Below are positions 62,601 to 64,000 of a stretch of DNA of 64,000 nt, in pieces; within the stretch, counting starts at the first letter, position 1; each line of letters opens with the position of its first letter. Under the pieces are notes generated by a model, which was given only the letters and a program-made list of their open reading frames with translations, was not told the origin of the DNA and did no database searches. Source of the DNA: Orbicella franksi (taxonomy: Eukaryota); NCBI GenBank assembly GCA_964199315.1, contig OZ116712.1, forward strand, positions 20,770,001-20,834,000, given 5' to 3'. The position numbers and the translations under genes were made by a program.

Positions 62601-64000
62601 ATTAGTGATATCATGCGTTGAGTTTTAAGAACTGAACTGGTCATTAATCGAGTGCGATAAAGCCTTTGGCTTTCAACATAATAGAAAGGAAGGTAATTGA
62701 ATGCTGTTTCAGGAGCTTCTTCGTTTTTCAGTGGCGAATGAGAATCTTGTCTGTAAAATAAATTCTTCTTGGCAACGATTAGGAGGTAAATAAAGCCGAG
62801 AATTAAATACCCTGATTTTAGCCGATACTTGGCTTCGGCGTAAAGTCATTGGCATGATATTTCCACATGCAGTCACCTCGTCAAACTGCGAAACAATGAA
62901 TTGAAGAAAACTGACTGTAAACGTTCCAATTCCATAAAAGCGTGTTCTTGCAAATATAAGTTCAAAGATGAGCATATTTTCCCTTGGTTTAATTTTTAGA
63001 TATTGTGAGTTTGTATGTCCTCTGTTTTCCTATTAAAGGAAACGAGAAGAAAAAGAATTCCAGCAGGAGCTGTATTTGCGTGAATTTTCACAATCCCACC
63101 CATTCGAATGTAATTTTGGCAAACCAGCTCAAGGTTGGCTGATTTTTGATCAAATTATACTGTGAAATAGATGGATCTCCGATGATTTACTAGACTAATG
63201 AGACTGCTCTAATGCTCGTGAACATGAAGCTACCGAGCAAATCATAGGTAAGAAAAACTCTCTCACGCATCGAGGTCATTAGTTTAAGAAGCTTGGTGTC
63301 TTATCAACTTTTTCGTAAATGTGGATGTTTGGAGATTGAGATATCAAGACTTCGTGACTTCGTATTCGATATAAAGCAATAACCACATTTACGTTAATGT
63401 AGCTTCAGGAAACCACATAAAAAGGATTAAATCAGTTGAAGTAGCTTGTAAGACTTCCTTGACGAAGAAGTTAAACGGCTGCAGAAGAGAGAATGTGGTT
63501 TCGGTGACGCCCAGCTCTTAGGACATAGAGACTCACTGAGCTGACCAATTGTCTTTTAGAACAATTTAAATTGCTTTAAAAATACCATAGTTGGTTAACA
63601 TGATTTATCCGAATCCACAAATTAGAAATAAAACGACACAGTCATTTGGCAATGCTATGGAGACCCCAAGGACTGCTTAGCTTGAAACATGCCTTTGATG
63701 AATTTCTTGACTGAAATCTATTTAGGGAGCTGTAAATGTTTCATTCGACAGGTGATAAATGGAAAAAAAAAAAAACATTTAACCAAAGCTGTGTGCGGCT
63801 TTTTTTTTTTTTCCCAAACTTAATTAAACGTTAACTTGTATTTCAAGGTTGTAATTCAGCTTGTCAAATAAAATTGCTTTCATCTCTGCTAGCACGCTAT
63901 GCATGCGTCTGAAGTTTAAACACATTGCAGGGTCGAGTTATTTATGGTTTTGTGGAAAGTTAAAATAAGTCCTCCCCACATTTCCCTTTATAACTAAAAT

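Noticed and set aside
1-64000. Overall enrichment of TAATCC/GGATTA or TCF (CTTTGWW) sites
   Set aside because: Counts by eye are compatible with chance for this base composition. Only positionally conserved sites were kept.
1-64000. CRISPR arrays, rRNA/tRNA genes, conserved cnidarian miRNAs and prokaryotic operons
   Set aside because: No regular repeat-spacer array or RNA-gene signature was seen by eye. The only tRNA-like sequence is a SINE head, and the DNA is intron-containing eukaryotic sequence.

Overview
Eukaryotic, AT-rich genomic DNA. The repeat types and the Otx sequences suggest an anthozoan cnidarian, probably a stony coral (inference). The window holds a tandem, same-strand (minus) cluster of three intact Otx-family K50 PRD-class homeobox genes, labelled here Otx-1 (2325-6693, 219 aa), Otx-2 (14432-18628, 231 aa) and Otx-3 (39305-43430, 201 aa). 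I rebuilt each by hand as three coding exons. All have a phase-1 intron before the homeobox, a 152-bp exon 2 and the PRD-class intron between homeodomain codons 46 and 47. The ORF track shows only fragments of them. A three-gene Otx cluster is already known from Nematostella, so the cluster itself is not new. The least expected signal is a colinear chain of short non-coding blocks shared between Otx-1 and Otx-2 in the promoter, intron 1, intron 2 and upstream DNA. Several blocks centre on K50/Otx-type GGATTA/AGATTA sites, which suggests a duplicated auto- or cross-regulatory module. Otx-3 lacks these blocks by eye but keeps the canonical Otx protein motifs. The intergenic DNA between 8 and 38 kb holds several MITEs, SINE fragments and microsatellites, including a nested Helentron-like insertion with a likely empty-site copy inside the window. 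The last ~20 kb has no gene or repeat I can recognise. I found no prokaryotic-type system, CRISPR array, rRNA or tRNA gene. All alignments were done by eye.
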